A stretch of 27,823 nucleotides of DNA from an uncultured Fimbriimonadales bacterium. Its GTDB lineage: Bacteria; Armatimonadota; Fimbriimonadia; Fimbriimonadales; GBS-DC. The notes under the pieces are model-generated. The model had not been told where the DNA came from. It was given only the letters and a program-made list of their open reading frames with translations, and ran no database searches. Below are positions 24,966 through 27,823 of the stretch, in pieces (position 1 is the stretch's first letter; the number at the start of each line of letters is the position of its first letter). A program made the translations under genes and the position numbers. The stretch is taken from assembly GCA_964470265.1 (NCBI GenBank), contig CAYYCA010000002.1, positions 1 through 27,823 on the forward strand, written 5' to 3'.

Positions 24966-26675
24966 TTGCACGCGCCGAAACCAATCCCGTTCGACAGCCT
25001 GAACCTGTACGCGGTCTTGCAGGAGCGCGGCTTTTTCACGGGCGGGCGGATTCAGGAGATTCGCCAGCCCGACGCGCTGACCATCGTGCTGCACATTTAC
25101 GCCCAGCGCGTGGAGCATCGCCTGCTCATTTCCGCCGACGCGCAACACGCCCGGATGCACTGCATCAGCCACAAGACGCCGAACGCGCCCACGCCCCCGC
25201 CGTTTCTGCAGAGCCTGCGCAAACACATCGACGGCGGGATTATTCGGAGCCTGCAGATGGTCGGGTTTGATCGCATCGTGCAGTTCGAGATTCAGACGCG
25301 CGAGGGGGTCTATCGGCTGATGGTCGAGCTGATGGGCAAGCATTCGAATATCATCCTTGTGGAGCCAGTGGGGGTGATACGGAGCGCCATCAAGTGGGTT
25401 TCTCCGCGTCAGAGCGAGGCGCGCCCGATTCGCGCAGGCGAGCCGTACCAGCTGCCCCCGACGCGCGTGGCGGGGCTGCTGAACCCCCTCGCGATGTCCG
25501 ACGACGATTGGCGCGCGCTTTGGGAGCGCATGGGCGCGGAACGCGATTGGCAGGCGCATTTGGAAGGGCTGAGTCGGTTCACCGCAGGCGAGCTGGAAGC
25601 GATTGCGCAGGCGCGCGGGCTGGACGGCGTGCTGGAATGGGCGCATCGGCTGCGCGAGGGGCTGTGGGAGCCAGTCGCCATTCGCGAACCGCAGACCCGC
25701 CGCGTTCTCGGCGCGTATCCGTTTCGCAGCCTGCAGTTTCCCCCAGAATGGCAACACTCCCGCGCGAGCGTTAATCTCGCATGGGAGCAGGTGTTCGCGG
25801 AGCGCACCCAGCAGGCGCGTGTCGACGCCCTGCGCCAGAGCCTGCTGCCGAACCTGCGCCGTGCGCTGGAAGCCCGCCAGCGCGCCGCCGCCGAACTGCA
25901 GCGCGCCCTGCAGGACAGCCAGCAGGCAGATCGATGGCGTCTGTACGGCGAGCTGATACTGGCGTATGGACATACGCTGCCCGCCGGCGCAACCACCCTA
26001 CACGCTCCCGACTACACGCAGCCCGAAACGCCCCTGATCGAAATCCCCATCGACCCCAGCAAAACCGTCGCTGAGAACGCCGAGCGCTACTTCCAGAAGG
26101 CGCGCCGCGCCCGCGAGAGCCGCGCGGAGCTGCAGAAACGCCTCGAACGCCTGCAGGACGAACTCGCTCAGATACAGGGCGCGCTGCTGGAGATGGAGAG
26201 CAACCCCGACGAGGCGACGCTGCGCCAGATTCATGAGCAGGCGAAGGCGCACGGCTGGCTGCGCGAGGCGTCCCCGCTCGCCCCCGCCAAACGCGTCGAG
26301 AAAGACCCGTTCGAAGGGCACAAAATCCGGCTGCATCTTAGCCCCGACGGCTATCAGGTGCTGGTCGGCGAGAACGCGCAGGCGAACGATTTCTTGCTTA
26401 CCCGCATCGCCAAGCCGAACGACTGGTGGCTCCATGTGCGCACGGGCACAGGGGCGCATGTGATTATTCGCACGGAGAACCAGCCCCAGCGCACGCCGAG
26501 AAGCACGCTGGAGTTCGCCGCGCGGCTCGCGGCGCAGCACAGCGCGGACAAACACGCCCGCATAGTGGAAGTGGACTACACGCTCCGCAAATATGTGCGC
26601 AAGCCGAAAGGCGCGCCGCCCGGCTTCGCCCTCTACACGCACGAAAAGACCCTGCGCGTAGAGATGAAGCCCTGA
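24966..26675 (+). CDS. rqcH: NFACT family ribosome quality-control protein RqcH (FbpA-like)
   Basis: GFDRIV, ELMGKHSNII, long coiled coil (ENAERYFQKARR), NFACT-R W.LH...GAHVII and VDYT..KYVRKPKGAPPG; TTG start after GGAGG. Confidence 0.88.
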   Translation: MHAPKPIPFDSLNLYAVLQERGFFTGGRIQEIRQPDALTIVLHIYAQRVEHRLLISADAQHARMHCISHKTPNAPTPPPFLQSLRKHIDGGIIRSLQMVGFDRIVQFEIQTREGVYRLMVELMGKHSNIILVEPVGVIRSAIKWVSPRQSEARPIRAGEPYQLPPTRVAGLLNPLAMSDDDWRALWERMGAERDWQAHLEGLSRFTAGELEAIAQARGLDGVLEWAHRLREGLWEPVAIREPQTRRVLGAYPFRSLQFPPEWQHSRASVNLAWEQVFAERTQQARVDALRQSLLPNLRRALEARQRAAAELQRALQDSQQADRWRLYGELILAYGHTLPAGATTLHAPDYTQPETPLIEIPIDPSKTVAENAERYFQKARRARESRAELQKRLERLQDELAQIQGALLEMESNPDEATLRQIHEQAKAHGWLREASPLAPAKRVEKDPFEGHKIRLHLSPDGYQVLVGENAQANDFLLTRIAKPNDWWLHVRTGTGAHVIIRTENQPQRTPRSTLEFAARLAAQHSADKHARIVEVDYTLRKYVRKPKGAPPGFALYTHEKTLRVEMKP

Positions 26676-26678
26676 ATG

Positions 26679-26687
26679 GGGTACACT
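26679..26687 (+). promoter_or_regulatory. -10 element GGG-TACACT, 10 nt before the trxB ATG
   Basis: GGGTACACT-ttgcgccgac-ATG; no SD. Confidence 0.55.
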
Positions 26688-26697
26688 TTGCGCCGAC

Positions 26698-27633
26698 ATG
26701 GAAGGCGTGGAGAAACTGATTATCGTCGGCTCTGGACCTGCGGGCTACACCGCAGCAATTTACGCTGCCCGCGCGAGTTTGCAACCCTTGCTGTTCGCGG
26801 GAATCCAGCCCGGTGGACAGCTGATGATTACGACCGATGTCGAAAACTACCCCGGCTTCCCCGAAGGCGTGCAGGGTCCCGAACTGATGGAGCTGTTCCG
26901 TAAGCAAGCGGAGCGGTTCGACACGCGCATTCTCTACGAGACGATTACGAAAGTGGACTTCAGCGAGCATCCGTTCCGCCTGTGGAGCGACGCGGGCAAG
27001 GAATATCGCGCCCTCGCCGTGATTATCGCCACAGGCGCGTCCGCGAAGTGGCTCGGACTGGAGAACGAGGCGAAACTGCAGGGACGCGGCGTGTCGGCGT
27101 GCGCCACCTGCGACGGGTTCTTCTTCAGAGGGAAAAAAGTCATCGTGGTCGGCGGCGGCGACACCGCGATGGAGGAGGCAATCTACCTCACCAACCACTG
27201 CGAGAAGGTCTATGTGGTGCATCGCCGCGACGAGCTGCGGGCGTCCAAAATCATGCAGGAGCGCGCCTTCCGCAACCCCAAAATCGAGTTCATCTGGAGC
27301 ACCGTCGTGCGCGACATCTACGATGTAAACGCGGGCAAGGTCACGGGCGTGCGCCTGCACAACCTCAAAACCGACGAGGAGTACGATTTCCCCATCGATG
27401 GCGTGTTCATCGCGATTGGACACACGCCCAACACGCAAATCTTTCAGGGCATTCTGGAAATGGACGAGCAGGGCTATATCATCACGCGCAACGGCACTTA
27501 CACGAGCGTGGAGGGCGTGTTCGCAGCGGGCGATGTGATGGACAAAGTGTACCGCCAGGCGGTCACGGCGGCGGGCACGGGCTGTATGGCGGCGCTGGAC
27601 GCCGAACGCTGGCTCGCGGCGAAGTTTCACTGA
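26698..27633 (+). CDS. trxB: Thioredoxin-disulfide reductase
   Basis: GSGPAGYTAA, GGQLMITTDVENYPG, CATCDG, GGGDTAMEEA and AAGDV...YRQAVTAAG. Confidence 0.97.
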   Translation: MEGVEKLIIVGSGPAGYTAAIYAARASLQPLLFAGIQPGGQLMITTDVENYPGFPEGVQGPELMELFRKQAERFDTRILYETITKVDFSEHPFRLWSDAGKEYRALAVIIATGASAKWLGLENEAKLQGRGVSACATCDGFFFRGKKVIVVGGGDTAMEEAIYLTNHCEKVYVVHRRDELRASKIMQERAFRNPKIEFIWSTVVRDIYDVNAGKVTGVRLHNLKTDEEYDFPIDGVFIAIGHTPNTQIFQGILEMDEQGYIITRNGTYTSVEGVFAAGDVMDKVYRQAVTAAGTGCMAALDAERWLAAKFH

Positions 27634-27639
27634 CGCCGC

Positions 27640-27665
27640 CCCCTCTCCTGCACGCGGGAGAGGGG
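27640..27665 (+). repeat. CCCCTCTCC...GGAGAGGGG hairpin immediately after trxB; may serve as terminator or 3' stabiliser
   Basis: 9-bp perfect stem extended by G-U and G-C pairs, loop CACG; no U-tract; same family as 17084..17263. Confidence 0.6.
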
Positions 27666-27687
27666 CTGAGGTAAGGGCAAAAAACCA

Positions 27688-27755
27688 GTAGGCGCGCCCC
27701 TAACGAAGGTTTTACAGCCTTGCAAGAGAGGGCACGCACCGGGACGTGCCCCTAC
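27688..27755. repeat. GTAG-type REP (27730..27755, minus) with a truncated partner at 27688
   Basis: Minus strand GTAG-GGGCAC-GTCCCGGTGC-GTGCCC; plus strand remnant GTAGGCGCGCCCCT. Confidence 0.55.
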
Positions 27756-27823
27756 AATGCCTGCACTGAGTGTATTCCCTAAGGGACGATTGCTTCTGCG
27801 AGGCGCTTAAGTCCCTCAAAGGT

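Noticed and set aside
11328-26675. Functional clustering of alaS with rqcH (alanine tailing)
   Set aside because: They are about 11 kb apart, separated by many unrelated genes and promoters; no evidence of co-regulation.

Overview
GC-rich bacterial core-genome window. The DUF1559 pilin-like gene and overall gene content suggest Armatimonadota (inference). It carries translation genes (ylxP-rbfA, pyrH-frr-uppS, alaS, infA-rpmJ-rpsM-rpsK-rpsD-rpoA-rplQ-truA-rplM-rpsI-purD, rqcH), lspA-lgt-tkt, a MoxR-DUF58 operon, an MsbA-like ABC exporter, a Tat-exported Gfo/Idh/MocA oxidoreductase and trxB. Two real genes are missing from the ORF track: rpmJ (17758..17871) and a TetR regulator (879 to <1, minus). 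No tRNA, rRNA, CRISPR, transposase or phage gene was seen. Main points for a second look: (1) a leaderless 101-aa uORF with a hydrophobic N-terminus, an HxxCPVC/His cluster and a C-terminal IRAPP arrest motif (DUF2946/CruR/CutF-like) upstream of a type IV pilin-like DUF1559 gene, a candidate metal-sensing ribosome-stalling switch in a new context; (2) a TetR ORF that runs in frame into a tandem REP array; (3) a REP subtype whose three copies all sit exactly 6 nt upstream of a -10 box; (4) a probably catalytically dead PTS Enzyme I homologue as third gene of the MoxR operon; (5) a recurring (CA)GG-TAnnnT promoter placed 6-10 nt before start codons that lack an SD. All family calls come from motif recognition by eye; no searches were run.
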